Below, one piece after another: positions 7,747 to 18,775 of a stretch of 64,000 nt of DNA (position 1 is the first letter of the stretch; each line of letters starts with the position of its first letter). The stretch covers positions 7,789-71,788 of the forward strand of contig CAUUHT010000002.1 of the NCBI GenBank assembly GCA_963545055.1, read 5' to 3'. The position numbers and the translations under genes were made by a program. Source of the DNA: Candidatus Nanosyncoccus nanoralicus (GTDB lineage Bacteria > Patescibacteriota > Saccharimonadia > Saccharimonadales > Saccharimonadaceae). The notes beneath the pieces were generated by a model that worked only from the letters and a program-made list of their open reading frames with translations, had not been told where the DNA came from and did not search any database.

Positions 7747-10686
7747 CTAGTTTTTGAGGGCCTCGCGCAGGAATTTACCAGTTGGAGTATCATCACGCTT
7801 TGATAACTGTTCAGGAGTACCTTCGGCAATAACCAAGCCGCCATGCTGGCCACCTTCTGGACCCATATCGATCACCCAGTCAGCCGATTTAATAACATGC
7901 AAATTGTGCTCAATAATCACCATGGTATTACCGCCATCAACTAAGCGATTAAGGATTTGCAAGAGGCGCTTAACGTCGTCAGTGTGAAGACCTGTAGTTG
8001 GCTCATCTAGAATATAGAGAGTTTTACCAGTACTACGACGAGAGAGCTCGGTGGCGATTTTAATGCGCTGAGCCTCACCACCAGAGAAAGTAGTTGCGGA
8101 CTGGCCAAGGCGAATATAGCCAAGACCGACCTCTTGGATAGTTTTTAGTTTATTAACAATGACTGGAATATTCTCAAAGAAATCAACAGCCTCATCGATG
8201 GTCATATTTAAAACATCAGATATATCTTTACCCTTATATTTTACTTCGAGAGCCTCGCGATTATAGCGCTTACCATGACAGGTTGGACAGGTAACGTAGA
8301 CGTCAGGCAAGAAATGCATCTCGATCTTATTTACACCATCACCCTGACAGGTCTCACAGCGACCGCCTTTAACGTTAAAACTAAAACGGCCTGCTTTATA
8401 ACCACGAATTTCAGCCTCTGGCTGGGCGGCGAAGAGTTCACGGATGGCGGTGAAGACGCCAGTGTAGGTGGCAGGATTGGAGCGAGGAGTGCGACCAATT
8501 GGGCTCTGATCAATTACAATACATTTGTCCAGATTCTCAATACCGTCAATACGGGTATGCTCGCCTGGCACGGTTTGAGCACGATGGAGTCTTGCAAGAA
8601 GCTCATTGGCGAGAATTTCGTTAACTAGAGTGGATTTACCAGAACCGGAAACACCGGAAACAACGGTCATAACGCCAAGCGGAAAATGGACATCAATATT
8701 TTTGAGATTATTTTCCCTGGCGCCAACGATAACTAATTCCTTGCCGGGCTTAGGTTGACGACGCTTCTTTGGAATACTGATTTTATTTTTACCACTCAGA
8801 TATAGGCCAGTAAGAGACTGTTCATTTTGCATGATTTCGGCAGGGGTACCTGCGGCCACCACGTGACCACCTCGAGAACCAGCACCAGGACCAATGTCAA
8901 TCAAATAGTCTGAATTTAACATAGTATCTTCGTCATGCTCGACCACAAGAACGGTATTCTTGAGGTCGCGAAGATGCTTCAAAGTGGCGATTAGTTTATC
9001 ATTATCGCGCTGATGAAGACCAATGGATGGCTCATCGAGAACATACAAAACGCCCTGCAAACCGGAGCCAATTTGGGTGGCCAAACGAATACGCTGGGCT
9101 TCACCACCAGAAAGAGTATTAGCAGAACGACCAAGCTCAAGATAGCCAAGACCTACGTCCTGCATGAATTTTACACGTTCCTTAATCACTTTAAGAATTG
9201 GCTTAGCGATCAATTCTTCAGCTTCGGAGAAACCTAGATCCTGTGAAAGAACTTCAATAGTCGAATCGACATCTAGATTACACATGTCGACAATATTGAG
9301 GCCATGAATAGTAATCGCAAGAACGACTGGTTTTAACCTAGCACCATGACAGGTCTGACATTCACGCACGCGCATGAAGCGTTCGATATCTTTACGCATA
9401 AAATCAGAGTCAGTTTCACGATGACGGCGTTCAAGAGTCGGGATCACACCTTCATAGACTGATTCGTAGGTTGCACCTTCTTGCCATTTACCAGAGCCAG
9501 AGATCTTGATTTGATATTTCTCCTCACCAGTACCATAAAGAATCAGATGTCTTTCAGCATCAGTGAGCTCACCGATTGGAGTATGAACTGAAAATCCGTG
9601 ACGATTCGCAACAGCTGTTAGTCGCTTCAGCCACCAAGAGTCGCTCTGAACACGATTAAACGGACGAATACCGCCTTCGGCAATAGTAAGATTATTATTG
9701 AAGACTAGGTTGGGATCAATTTCCATGCGAGTACCAAGACCCGTACAGGTTGGACAGGCACCTTGAGGAGCGTTGAAGGAGAAGAGTCTAGGCTCAAGCT
9801 CAGGAATCAGCTCATCTGGGTGAACTGGACAGGCATAGCGCTGTGAATAGGTGAGTACTTCTGTGTTTTGAGCCCCCAAGGTTTTCCCTTCGATAGTTGA
9901 ACTATTATCGTTGATTTTGAGAAGTTGAATAATTCCCTGACCGAGGTCCAATGCCTGTTCGATGGAGCTTGAAATACGAGAATAAAGCTCAGTATTTAAA
10001 ATAAAGCGATCAACTACTAATTCAATGTCATGACGCTCCTGTTTTTCAAGCTCTGGAAACTCATCAAGAGCATAAACAATACCATCAACACGAACGCGCG
10101 AAAAGCCTTTCTGGAGGTATTGCTCGGAGATATACTGAAATTCACCTTTTTTCTGCTGCACTAGCGGGGCTAAAAGCATAAGTTTAGAGCCGAGGGGCAA
10201 TTTCATAACTTCATTAACGATGTCTTCAACTGAACGACGAGAGACCTCGCGATGGCAGATGGGACAGTGGGGGACACCAACACGAGCAAAAAGGAGACGG
10301 AGATAATCATAAACTTCGGTAACAGTAGCAACAGTGGAGCGAGGATTTCTTGAGGTAGATTTCTGGTCGATTGAAATAGCAGGAGAAAGGCCGGTGATGG
10401 TATCAAAATCTGGCTTGTCCATCACACCGAGGAACATACGAGCATAAGAGGAAAGAGACTCAACATAACGACGCTGTCCTTCGGCATAGATGGTATCAAA
10501 AGCAAGACTGGATTTACCGGAGCCGGAAAGACCGGTGATGACAACTAATTTATCGCGTGGGATATCCAGATCAATATTCTTAAGATTGTGCTGTCTGGCA
10601 CCGCGGACCTTAATACAGTTCTCGGTCGATCCGCCCTGCAGTTCTATTCCCCCTTTGGATAATAGTCCATTACTCTCTTCGTTCAT
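7747..10686 (-). CDS. uvrA: excinuclease ABC subunit A
   Basis: [28 protein letters not shown], Zn-finger Cys pairs and two ABC modules ([12 protein letters not shown] / [12 protein letters not shown]). I moved the start from the track's TTG (10734) to ATG 10686, which is preceded by gagaaaggggaattaATG. A TAGCTT-17-TAGAAT promoter lies inside the longer track ORF. Confidence 0.93.
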   Translation of the reverse strand: MNEESNGLLSKGGIELQGGSTENCIKVRGARQHNLKNIDLDIPRDKLVVITGLSGSGKSSLAFDTIYAEGQRRYVESLSSYARMFLGVMDKPDFDTITGLSPAISIDQKSTSRNPRSTVATVTEVYDYLRLLFARVGVPHCPICHREVSRRSVEDIVNEVMKLPLGSKLMLLAPLVQQKKGEFQYISEQYLQKGFSRVRVDGIVYALDEFPELEKQERHDIELVVDRFILNTELYSRISSSIEQALDLGQGIIQLLKINDNSSTIEGKTLGAQNTEVLTYSQRYACPVHPDELIPELEPRLFSFNAPQGACPTCTGLGTRMEIDPNLVFNNNLTIAEGGIRPFNRVQSDSWWLKRLTAVANRHGFSVHTPIGELTDAERHLILYGTGEEKYQIKISGSGKWQEGATYESVYEGVIPTLERRHRETDSDFMRKDIERFMRVRECQTCHGARLKPVVLAITIHGLNIVDMCNLDVDSTIEVLSQDLGFSEAEELIAKPILKVIKERVKFMQDVGLGYLELGRSANTLSGGEAQRIRLATQIGSGLQGVLYVLDEPSIGLHQRDNDKLIATLKHLRDLKNTVLVVEHDEDTMLNSDYLIDIGPGAGSRGGHVVAAGTPAEIMQNEQSLTGLYLSGKNKISIPKKRRQPKPGKELVIVGARENNLKNIDVHFPLGVMTVVSGVSGSGKSTLVNEILANELLARLHRAQTVPGEHTRIDGIENLDKCIVIDQSPIGRTPRSNPATYTGVFTAIRELFAAQPEAEIRGYKAGRFSFNVKGGRCETCQGDGVNKIEMHFLPDVYVTCPTCHGKRYNREALEVKYKGKDISDVLNMTIDEAVDFFENIPVIVNKLKTIQEVGLGYIRLGQSATTFSGGEAQRIKIATELSRRSTGKTLYILDEPTTGLHTDDVKRLLQILNRLVDGGNTMVIIEHNLHVIKSADWVIDMGPEGGQHGGLVIAEGTPEQLSKRDDTPTGKFLREALKN

Positions 10687-10795
10687 TAATTCCCCTTTCT
10701 CAAAGTTGGTATATTCTATCATATTTTGACCCAAAAAGCTAGCGGGGGCTATTCTGATTTTGTCCAGAAAAGTTTCAAATTGATATAATAGCTAT

Positions 10796-12385
10796 ATGAA
10801 TTCACGTTTTGATCCGGACCAGGCAGCATATTATAAGTCTGGGATGAAAAAATCTGCTTGGACTAATTCTTCGGATGTCCAAAAAGATGAGCCGAGTTTC
10901 TTCTTTTATGACCTCGAGACATCTGGGATTAGTCCACGCGAAGATCGCATTATGCAGTTTGCTGGACAACGAACAAATCTTGAATTAGAGCCGCTTGGGG
11001 AGCCGGTGAATATTTTGATTAAGTTAAATGATGACACATTACCAAGTCCAGATGCGATTATGGTGACTCATATTTTACCGCAAGAGACAGTCAAAAACGG
11101 AATGACAGAGGCAGAATTTTGCCGTATTGCGATGAATAAAATTTTTACACCAGAAACTACTGCTTGTGGCTATAATTCTGTGCGTTTCGACGATGAACAT
11201 ATGCGCTATCTGTGGTGGCGAAATTTTTATGATCCATACGAATGGCAGTGGAAGGATGGCCGGAGCCGCTGGGATCTGCTAGATGTCGTACGAATGGTGC
11301 GAGCACTGAGACCGGAGGGTATAACTTGGCCAGTCATGGTCGACACAGAATCTGGCAAAATGAGGCCAACCAATAAATTAGAGCTTTTGACAAAATTAAA
11401 TAAAATTGATCATTTTAAAGCCCATGATGCCCTGTCTGATGTTGAGGCGTTAATCGCGCTTGCCAAATTATTACGAAAAAAGCAGCCGCAAATTTTTGAT
11501 TACCTATTAAAGATGCGTAATAAAAAAGAGGTCCTGAAGCTAGTTAATCTAAATAGTCCTCAACCTTTTGTTTATACTTCTGGTCGCTATAAATCTGATT
11601 ATTTAAATACCACTGTGGCTTTTCCAATTGCGCCAAGTAAAAATGGGAATCTAATCGTATTCAATCTGCGATATAACATTGAGGATTTGCTTGAAGAGGA
11701 AAAGAATTTTAAGCCAGAAAAAAAAGTAAGCCGACAAGGCAAGGAATATATGACCTGGTTTGACTTTGGCGAGGCGGTGAAAGAGTTTTGTCCAAACAAA
11801 TGCCCGGCGGTGGCACCGATTTCTGTTCTTGATGTAGTGTCAGAGGAAGATTCAACAGATGAATTTGCGCCACACAGGGCAGGGACTTCTGGTTGGGAAA
11901 AAATCCAGTTATCACCAGAAATGGTCGAAAGGAATTTACAGATCCTTTTAAAGCATCCTGATTTTATCGAAAGAATGCGTGGAGTTTATGAAAAGAAAGC
12001 AGATTATCCGAAAAGTGAAGAGGTGGAAGCAAGCCTTTATGATGGATTCTTGCCTGAGGCAGATCGTAGGATTTGCCAAAAAATTCAAAGAGCGGATGCC
12101 GGAGTACTCGGTGATTTTACGCCTAATTTCGCCGACGATAGATTACCAGATTTGTTTTTGCATTTTAAAGGGCGTAATTTCCCACAGAGCTTAACAGAAG
12201 ACGAATACTTAAAATGGGAGGCAGATCGAAAAGCGAGAATCAAAAAACAGAGCGGTAGATTCTTTGCTTCTCTCACGACCTTAAAGCAGCGAGGCGAGGC
12301 CGGCGAAACAACTTTTGACGGCAGAGAAATTGATTTAAAGATTTTAGAACAATTAGCTGAATGGTATAAGAAATGTAGCGAATAG
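10796..12385 (+). CDS. sbcB: exodeoxyribonuclease I (DEDDh 3'-5' ssDNA exonuclease)
   Basis: 529 aa. FFFYDLETSGISPREDRIMQFAGQRT parallels the E. coli ExoI Exo I motif, and HDALSDVEAL is the Exo III motif. Confidence 0.85.
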   Translation: MNSRFDPDQAAYYKSGMKKSAWTNSSDVQKDEPSFFFYDLETSGISPREDRIMQFAGQRTNLELEPLGEPVNILIKLNDDTLPSPDAIMVTHILPQETVKNGMTEAEFCRIAMNKIFTPETTACGYNSVRFDDEHMRYLWWRNFYDPYEWQWKDGRSRWDLLDVVRMVRALRPEGITWPVMVDTESGKMRPTNKLELLTKLNKIDHFKAHDALSDVEALIALAKLLRKKQPQIFDYLLKMRNKKEVLKLVNLNSPQPFVYTSGRYKSDYLNTTVAFPIAPSKNGNLIVFNLRYNIEDLLEEEKNFKPEKKVSRQGKEYMTWFDFGEAVKEFCPNKCPAVAPISVLDVVSEEDSTDEFAPHRAGTSGWEKIQLSPEMVERNLQILLKHPDFIERMRGVYEKKADYPKSEEVEASLYDGFLPEADRRICQKIQRADAGVLGDFTPNFADDRLPDLFLHFKGRNFPQSLTEDEYLKWEADRKARIKKQSGRFFASLTTLKQRGEAGETTFDGREIDLKILEQLAEWYKKCSE

Positions 12386-12408
12386 CGAGGCATTTTAGAA
12401 AGAAAATA

Positions 12409-12428
12409 GCCCCACGACTGTGGGGCTT
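12409..12428. terminator. hairpin between convergent genes (sbcB and the 152-aa membrane gene)
   Basis: agccccac-gact-gtggggct. The minus-strand reading is followed by attttctttc. The plus-strand reading lacks a T run. Confidence 0.5.
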
Positions 12429-12505
12429 GAAACAGGAGGGAATAAAAGTCAAACCAAAAAACTGGTTGCGTCTTTATTGGTATGAAATTCTACCCCCTCT
12501 TACTT

Positions 12506-12964
12506 CTATCTTCTGTGTCTTCGGAGCCAGTTCCTAATAACGGTTGGCCCGAAAACGAGCTCTCCTCTTCTGTTTCGCCAGAAGGTTAAATAACCATCCT
12601 GGTATAGGCTGTTGAGTATACTCTCCAGCCATTCTGAAACAGCGGTGACTAATGCGAAGTACATCGCTAAGAAAAGCGCACTTCTCAGTAGCACCCATAC
12701 GACATAAAAGGCTGTAACTACCCAACCATACGCCATCATGGTTGGTTCCCTGAATCTATCCCACTGCCTCATATCGTATAATACGACAGCAAGTAAGACT
12801 GCCGCGGTCATGGCAATCACGATGATAAGGCACCAAGCCCCATTAAATCGTGTGCCGACGGCCAAAGTGCCGTCCTTTTTTCTTCCTTCCACTTTCGGAA
12901 GTATCAACCCCAACAATATGGAACTTACGAAAAAAAATGAGAACAAAAAAATATAAAATTTCAT
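12506..12964 (-). CDS. hypothetical small polytopic membrane protein (about 4 TM), Arg-rich C-terminus
   Basis: 152-aa ORF with a strong SD (aaaaggagggtataacATG) and hydrophobic helices. The C-terminus RNWLRRHRR is encoded with AGG/AGA/CGA codons. Confidence 0.6.
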   Translation of the reverse strand: MKFYIFLFSFFFVSSILLGLILPKVEGRKKDGTLAVGTRFNGAWCLIIVIAMTAAVLLAVVLYDMRQWDRFREPTMMAYGWVVTAFYVVWVLLRSALFLAMYFALVTAVSEWLESILNSLYQDGYLTFWRNRRGELVFGPTVIRNWLRRHRR

Positions 12965-13023
12965 GTTATACCCTCCTTTTAAGGTACGATTTTCCGCTTT
13001 ATGCGGACTATAGTGACTGTATT

Positions 13024-13052
13024 ATTATATAATACTATTGCTTATTTGTCAA
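13024..13052 (-). promoter_or_regulatory. perfect-consensus sigma70 promoter TTGACA-17-TATAAT for the 152-aa membrane gene
   Basis: The minus strand reads TTGACAaataagcaatagtattaTATAAT (13052-13024). The ~60-nt leader contains a ccgc-ataaa-gcgg hairpin. Confidence 0.55.
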
Positions 13053-13105
13053 TATAATGAGGGTAGTATACGGCTAACTTAGCACTGTAGGATTTTTATG
13101 AAAAC

Positions 13106-13828
13106 TTAGGCGCCGATGCTGTTGATTTCAGATTGGAGCTTGCGATACTTAACGTAAATCTGATTATACTCAGTGGAAAGTTTCTTATAGTCCTCGGAGA
13201 CTTCAATAGGAAGAACTAGGAATTTGAGGGGGGAGTTTTTACTGCCACAGATTTCACGTTCACTACCATAGGCGAGTGGACTTGGAATATCAATTTCACG
13301 GACACCACCGAAACGCATACCCTTAATCCCCTCAGACCAGCCGGCGATCAAGCTATTTGGATTGGTGACTGCAAGAGGCTCTTTGAGACTCTTTGGATTC
13401 TTCGCATCGTCAAAGGAGGAATCAAAAACAGATTCGTTGGCACACCAACCAACATAGTAAGCATAATAGGAAGTGGTTTTATCGGTAATTTCAGCGCCTG
13501 TGCCATTTTTAAGATCAAAAGTCTTAAGACCAGCATCCTCAACAGAGGTACCATTATAAGCTTTAATCTTATTGCGGAAAGAGGCAAGTGTATCAAAATG
13601 TTGCTTCGACATTTTATCAGAAGCAGATTTTAATTCGTCTTGTTTGGCGGAGAGCTCTTTCGTGACTACTGCAAGCTCTTCTTTTTTGGTGGAAGAAGTC
13701 TGCTTATTCTTTTCACCATTAAGCACGATCAAAGCATAAATTGCGATAGTAGAAGACAGGAGTAGAACGGCAATTACCCCAATTATAATACGCTGACCTA
13801 AACTGGTCTTTAATTCTTTTTCTTGCAT
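13106..13828 (-). CDS. membrane-anchored FKBP-type peptidyl-prolyl cis-trans isomerase
   Basis: N-terminal TM (IIIGVIAVLLLSSTIAIYALIVL), a coiled-coil linker and an FKBP core: YYAYYVGWCANESVFDSSFD...LIAGWSEGIKGMRFGGVREIDIPSPLAYG. Confidence 0.8.
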   Translation of the reverse strand: MQEKELKTSLGQRIIIGVIAVLLLSSTIAIYALIVLNGEKNKQTSSTKKEELAVVTKELSAKQDELKSASDKMSKQHFDTLASFRNKIKAYNGTSVEDAGLKTFDLKNGTGAEITDKTTSYYAYYVGWCANESVFDSSFDDAKNPKSLKEPLAVTNPNSLIAGWSEGIKGMRFGGVREIDIPSPLAYGSEREICGSKNSPLKFLVLPIEVSEDYKKLSTEYNQIYVKYRKLQSEINSIGA

Positions 13829-13859
13829 AAACCTCCTTTAGTTTTTCTCGGTATTTGTA

Positions 13860-16358
13860 TTAGATAATCTCAGCACCGAGCGCTGTAATATTTTGTTCAA
13901 TTTGTTTCATTATAGCAGAGATTTCATCTGCACTCATAGTTTTTACCGTACTGGCAAAGCTAAGATGAAAGCTACAATTTCGGGTAGTGTCATTTTCTGA
14001 TGGTCGATAGATGGAGACTGGCTCCAGGGTATGGATCAGAGAATCTTGGGCGAGAGCACGCGTGATTTCCTGCTCAAGTGTAGCGTAAGAGACGGCGTCT
14101 GGGGTCTTAATGGTGAGATCTCGCGAGACGGATGGGAAGCGACTAATCTTTTGTGCGCCACGCAAGATTCGAGGAGCATTAAGTAATGGCTCAAGATTTA
14201 GCTCAAGAGCAGAGACTTCTTTTAGTTTCAGTTTTTTAAGTACAGAATGTTTAACCTCACCAAGGCAGCCAATGATTTCTTGGCCGAGCTGAATACGGAC
14301 TGAATGAAGCAGTTCAAAATATGGGTATTGCTGCTCCTGATATTCGATAAACTTAAAATCAAGACCGAGACGAGCGCCAAGGGCGAGACAGAGCTCTTTA
14401 ATTCGATAGAAATCACCCTCAAGACAGATTGAGAGATGCGATTCGAGCTTTGGGGTCTGATCCGCAAGAAAACCAAAGGAGCGCTTGGCGACTTGGTTCA
14501 TTTCATAGAGAATAAAGTCCTTATATCCAGCCTTTTGATTCTCATAGACCTTCTCAAGTAGGCTTGGAGTTATGGACTGTCTAAAACATTGGAGCTCTGG
14601 AGAGATAGAATTACTAATCTCGTAACTATCAGCGATATCTTCACCTACTTTTTGCTGAAGATTTTGCGAAACGAAGCTATAGGTGAGGAGTTCATTGGCA
14701 CCCTGCTGATCTGAAAGGATGTTGCGAATTTCACTCTTGAGAGCAAAAAGCTGATTTTTTGGGCTACCTTTGAAAGAGCGGAGCGGAAGGGTTTGCGGAA
14801 TATTATCAAAACCATTGAGGCGGCCAACCTCCTCGTAGAGATCCTCTTTAATATGGATGTCGGTACGCCATAGCGGGGTAGTAACATTTAAGAACTGATT
14901 ATCTGAGAGAATATCTACTACAAAACCAACATTAGAGAGTGTTTGTTTAACCTGCTCTAATGAAAAACTAGAGCCCAGTGTTTGATTAAGGTCGCTGAGA
15001 TCAAGTTTAATGGTTTGCTGAGCAGGGCTTTGGGCAAGACAGTCGGCAAAAATAAGATTAGAAGTATCTTTAATACCAAGTTTTTCTAGGCAGGATTTTA
15101 ACGCTGGCACTGTACCAAAAACTGGTTGGCCTTTAGTGAAACGCGTGATAGCCTCAGAGAAAATACCATGAGCCATCTGGGTTTTTCGTAGATTATAGAG
15201 ACTAAAAGTGGCAGATTCGATAAGGATTCGTTTTGTACTTGCATCAATTTCAGTATTTTTACCACCCATGGCGCCAGCTAGGGCAACTGGGATATCATTG
15301 GAGGTAATCACAATGTCGTTTGTATTAAGTTCGATTTCAGTATCATCAATTAAAGTGATTTTTTCACCTTCCCTAGCAGCACGTACAATGATTTTTGGGG
15401 AATCGGTACCACCGATGGCAATAAATTTATCATAGTCAAAAGCATGCAGAGGCTGACCGGTCTCAAGCATGGTGAGGTTTGTCGCATCAACAATCGGCGA
15501 AACAGGTCGCATGCCAGATTTATAAAGCAGAACGCCGTCTTGAGTGAGAATGCGCTCAAAATCAGTAGAATCTTGGTCAAACTTAAGCTGGGTTTGATCG
15601 ACGACAACACAGGAATAGCGAGGACATAATGTTTGATCCTGGATTTCAATAACTGGACTCTTGATACCTGAGGTGTTATGAGAATTACTACGGATAAATT
15701 CTGATTGTGTAGCTAGGTCACCCTCAAAGATTGCAGGATTTTTGAATGGCTGGCCTAGGATACCAGCAACTTCACGAGCAAAACCAATTAAGCCAAAGGT
15801 ATCTGGACGATGTGTGAGAGATTTATTTTCAATATCAATAATCAGGTCGTCAAGATCTAGGGCCGCAGTAATAGGGGTGCCGGGTTCAGCAAGATCAGGA
15901 GCAAGCTCAGCGATATATTTATGATCAGTGCCAAATCCGAGTTCATCGGCACCAGCAATCATGCCATAACTTTCATAGCCACGAAGCTTGCGAACAGATA
16001 GCTGAAAATTCTCTATTCCATAGGTAGTAGGAACGATGGCGCCAGGAGCGAGCCAAACTACAGAGAGACCAGCACGGACATTTGGTGCACCACAGACAAC
16101 CTGGATTAAGCCGTTTTCTAGTTTACCAAACTCTTGGTTGAGAGGTCCGGCATCTACTTCACAGAGATGAAGGTGCGTGTCCGGAATGTCAGTACAGCTG
16201 ACAACCTTAGCGACGTAGATATTCTGATATTTTTCAGCGAGACTTTCAGTTCCCTCCACTTCAACAAGGCGAGAGCCGATCAGTTTCATCAGATCTTCGG
16301 TAGAGAGAGAATCTGGAATTTTAACATAACGTTTTAGGGCATTAAGTGAAATAAGCAT
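13860..16358 (-). CDS. pheT: phenylalanine--tRNA ligase beta subunit
   Basis: 832 aa with an N-terminal tRNA-binding OB domain plus B3/4, B5 and anticodon-binding-like regions. Its start overlaps the pheS stop (TAATG at 16356-16360). Confidence 0.93.
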   Translation of the reverse strand: MLISLNALKRYVKIPDSLSTEDLMKLIGSRLVEVEGTESLAEKYQNIYVAKVVSCTDIPDTHLHLCEVDAGPLNQEFGKLENGLIQVVCGAPNVRAGLSVVWLAPGAIVPTTYGIENFQLSVRKLRGYESYGMIAGADELGFGTDHKYIAELAPDLAEPGTPITAALDLDDLIIDIENKSLTHRPDTFGLIGFAREVAGILGQPFKNPAIFEGDLATQSEFIRSNSHNTSGIKSPVIEIQDQTLCPRYSCVVVDQTQLKFDQDSTDFERILTQDGVLLYKSGMRPVSPIVDATNLTMLETGQPLHAFDYDKFIAIGGTDSPKIIVRAAREGEKITLIDDTEIELNTNDIVITSNDIPVALAGAMGGKNTEIDASTKRILIESATFSLYNLRKTQMAHGIFSEAITRFTKGQPVFGTVPALKSCLEKLGIKDTSNLIFADCLAQSPAQQTIKLDLSDLNQTLGSSFSLEQVKQTLSNVGFVVDILSDNQFLNVTTPLWRTDIHIKEDLYEEVGRLNGFDNIPQTLPLRSFKGSPKNQLFALKSEIRNILSDQQGANELLTYSFVSQNLQQKVGEDIADSYEISNSISPELQCFRQSITPSLLEKVYENQKAGYKDFILYEMNQVAKRSFGFLADQTPKLESHLSICLEGDFYRIKELCLALGARLGLDFKFIEYQEQQYPYFELLHSVRIQLGQEIIGCLGEVKHSVLKKLKLKEVSALELNLEPLLNAPRILRGAQKISRFPSVSRDLTIKTPDAVSYATLEQEITRALAQDSLIHTLEPVSIYRPSENDTTRNCSFHLSFASTVKTMSADEISAIMKQIEQNITALGAEII

Positions 16359-17302
16359 TAGAATTCCTCCAAGAAATTAAGTTTACCAGATTCGAAGAAA
16401 CGAATATCGTCAAGTTGGTATTTGAGAATGACAAGACGATCAATGCCGCCACCCCAAGCAAAGCCCTTGTAGACAGCGGGATCAATGCCAGCGATTTTTA
16501 GAACATTGGGATGGATCATGCCACAGCCCATCATTTCTAACCAACCATCACCTTTGCCGCCGAGGGCTTTTGGTTTCTCGATTTGAAATTCAAGAGAGGG
16601 TTCAGTGAATGGAAAGTAACCTGGCTGAGTTTTAGTATTTAAAGTTTGACTATAATAGGTTTCGAAGAAATTTTTAAGAACGCCGAGCATCTGCCCCATG
16701 GTGGCAGTTTTGGAGACAAAAACACCTTCGCATTGGTAAAAAGTATGCTCATGAGTAGCGTCAACATCTTCATTGCGAAAGACGCGGCCAGGAATGACTA
16801 CAGCAATCTGACCTTCGGTTTCAAGCTGATCTCGACGAGAGGTGAGCGCACGATATTGCATGGTAGAAGTATGGGCTGGAGGGATAAAACCTTCTTTGGT
16901 GCGGAAGGTATCATAACCATCACGAGCAGGATGCCCTTCAGGGAAATTTAGAGACTCAAACATATGAAATTCGTCGTCAAGCTGAGTAGACTCCATGACT
17001 TCAAATCCCATATTAGAATATATATCTATTACTTTGTCAAGTTCAACCATCAGAGGATGCTTGCTGCCACGCCTATTTTTCTTCGGAGTAGAGTTTTCAG
17101 CCATAGGAGCGGTGAGATCGATGGGCTTGATATCGACTGCTGCTAATTTTTCTTCCTCAGCCTGAATTTGAGCTAAGATTTCAGTTTTGCGACGATTAAT
17201 TTCCTGCCCAAAAGCTTTGCGCTCTTCAGCTGGGAGGTCTTTAATTTTACTATATTCAAGGCCAAGATCTTTTAGGGCCTGTTTTAGGTCTGTAAGTTTC
17301 AT
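16358..17302 (-). CDS. pheS: phenylalanine--tRNA ligase alpha subunit
   Basis: 314 aa with FPEGHPARD and class II motifs (GRVFRNEDVDATHEHTFYQCEG, GFAWGGGIDRL). Confidence 0.95.
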   Translation of the reverse strand: MKLTDLKQALKDLGLEYSKIKDLPAEERKAFGQEINRRKTEILAQIQAEEEKLAAVDIKPIDLTAPMAENSTPKKNRRGSKHPLMVELDKVIDIYSNMGFEVMESTQLDDEFHMFESLNFPEGHPARDGYDTFRTKEGFIPPAHTSTMQYRALTSRRDQLETEGQIAVVIPGRVFRNEDVDATHEHTFYQCEGVFVSKTATMGQMLGVLKNFFETYYSQTLNTKTQPGYFPFTEPSLEFQIEKPKALGGKGDGWLEMMGCGMIHPNVLKIAGIDPAVYKGFAWGGGIDRLVILKYQLDDIRFFESGKLNFLEEF

Positions 17303-17380
17303 ATCTGTCTCTTATTATACTCTGTTTTTAGTGGTTTTTTAAGAGAAAATAGGAAAACTTGGACTTTGGGATAAAGAGCA

Positions 17381-17608
17381 CTAGATAACAACAATCAGAA
17401 TTAGAGAAAGAATAGCGAGGCCAACAAGGATGAGCCAAATCCAACCGTAGCGACTGATGGTCTTTGATCCATTTATATAATCTGAATCATTAACAAGATC
17501 AGGGTCGGCACTTAAGGCCGTCTGTTCCGCTTTTATCTTTAGGTCTGCGGCAATACGGCGACTAAGCTCTGCATTTTTATCCTGTTCTTTATGTACGATT
17601 ACTCCCAT
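17381..17608 (-). CDS. hypothetical tail-anchored small protein (75 aa)
   Basis: The ORF has an SD-like aaagg upstream and a C-terminal TM (YGWIWLILVGLAILSLILIVVI). No recognisable family, so coding status is uncertain. Confidence 0.45.
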   Translation of the reverse strand: MGVIVHKEQDKNAELSRRIAADLKIKAEQTALSADPDLVNDSDYINGSKTISRYGWIWLILVGLAILSLILIVVI

Positions 17609-17694
17609 CCTATACCTTTCATTTTAGAAAATTAAACTTTAAGTATTTTACCACAGATGTGTTATAATTCATTCAATATTACTTAAGGAGGTAT

Positions 17695-18681
17695 ATGGCA
17701 ACAAGTAAGTCCAAGAAGGCTAAAAAGTCTACGGAAAAGCCAAAAAATACTAATACAAAGCCAGAAGTTACTGTCGTGGAAGAAGTTGTGACTGTAACCG
17801 AACCGGAAACAATCGTCACTGAGATAGCCGAAGTAAAAATGAAAGAAAACAAAAAGAGCAATGTTATTTTTGCAAATTTCTTCGCTAAAAAAGGTGATCC
17901 AGAAGAAAATATTCTAACTATTTTCAAAACACCAAAGATCTGGGGTGCGCTCGTCGGAGAATTAATCGGAACAATGTTTATCACAATGCTCCTCTTAACT
18001 CTCGGCATCTACCAGCCACTTTATGTTCTATTTGGCGTAATTGGCGTAACTCTAGCCGTCTTCACCCTTTCTGGGGCACATTTAAACCCAGCGATCACTG
18101 CAGGTATGATGGCAACCCGTCGCGTCTCTGCAATTCGTGGCGTACTATACATGGTTGCTCAGGTTGTTGGTGCTTGGCTCGGTCTAGTTATTGTTAATGC
18201 CTTCCGTATGGCTGGCGAAACTAAGGTTGACCTTCCTGCACTAACCGCAGTTGAAGCTTCAAACCTATGGCAATTACTTGCGATTGAATTCTTGGGTGTC
18301 TTCACTTTGGCATTCTTCTTCAATCGTGCACAAGAATACAAGTCTCGTCGTAGTGCTTTCACCTACGCTGCAATCATTGGTGGCGGTATGGTACTTGCGG
18401 TACTATTTGCAATCGTAATCTCAAGCAATTTCTTCAAGATCTCAAACAACTTTATCTTGAACCCAGCAGTTGCAATTATGTATCAGATCTTCCCAACTTC
18501 AGCTGAGAATTTTGGTACTTTGATTAGCAAGGTTGGCCTTGAAGTCCTAGTCTTTATCCTAGCTCCAATCGTAGCTGGTGTACTAGCTTTCTTCGTTGGC
18601 GACATTGCAACCACCCTTGCAGGCGAGGATGAGTGTGAAAAACACCACCACTGCAAAGATGGACACTGCCACGAAAAATAA
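17695..18681 (+). CDS. MIP-family channel (aquaporin/glycerol facilitator) with a ~90-aa N-terminal extension and a Cys/His-rich C-terminal tail
   Basis: Two NPA boxes (SGAHLNPAIT and ILNPAVAI) and a perfect SD (aaggaggtatATG). The tail reads EDECEKHHHCKDGHCHEK. Confidence 0.9.
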   Translation: MATSKSKKAKKSTEKPKNTNTKPEVTVVEEVVTVTEPETIVTEIAEVKMKENKKSNVIFANFFAKKGDPEENILTIFKTPKIWGALVGELIGTMFITMLLLTLGIYQPLYVLFGVIGVTLAVFTLSGAHLNPAITAGMMATRRVSAIRGVLYMVAQVVGAWLGLVIVNAFRMAGETKVDLPALTAVEASNLWQLLAIEFLGVFTLAFFFNRAQEYKSRRSAFTYAAIIGGGMVLAVLFAIVISSNFFKISNNFILNPAVAIMYQIFPTSAENFGTLISKVGLEVLVFILAPIVAGVLAFFVGDIATTLAGEDECEKHHHCKDGHCHEK

Positions 18682-18693
18682 TTTGTGATAGAT

Positions 18694-18722
18694 AAAAAAT
18701 AGCCCGATGGGGCTATTTTTTT
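18694..18722. terminator. bidirectional rho-independent terminator between the aquaporin gene and metG
   Basis: tagccc-gatg-gggcta hairpin flanked by an A run upstream and a T run downstream. Confidence 0.75.
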
Positions 18723-18775
18723 GGTTTGATTTTAGCGATTAGTTTTGATTATCTTATTTTTTATTATATAGACAA

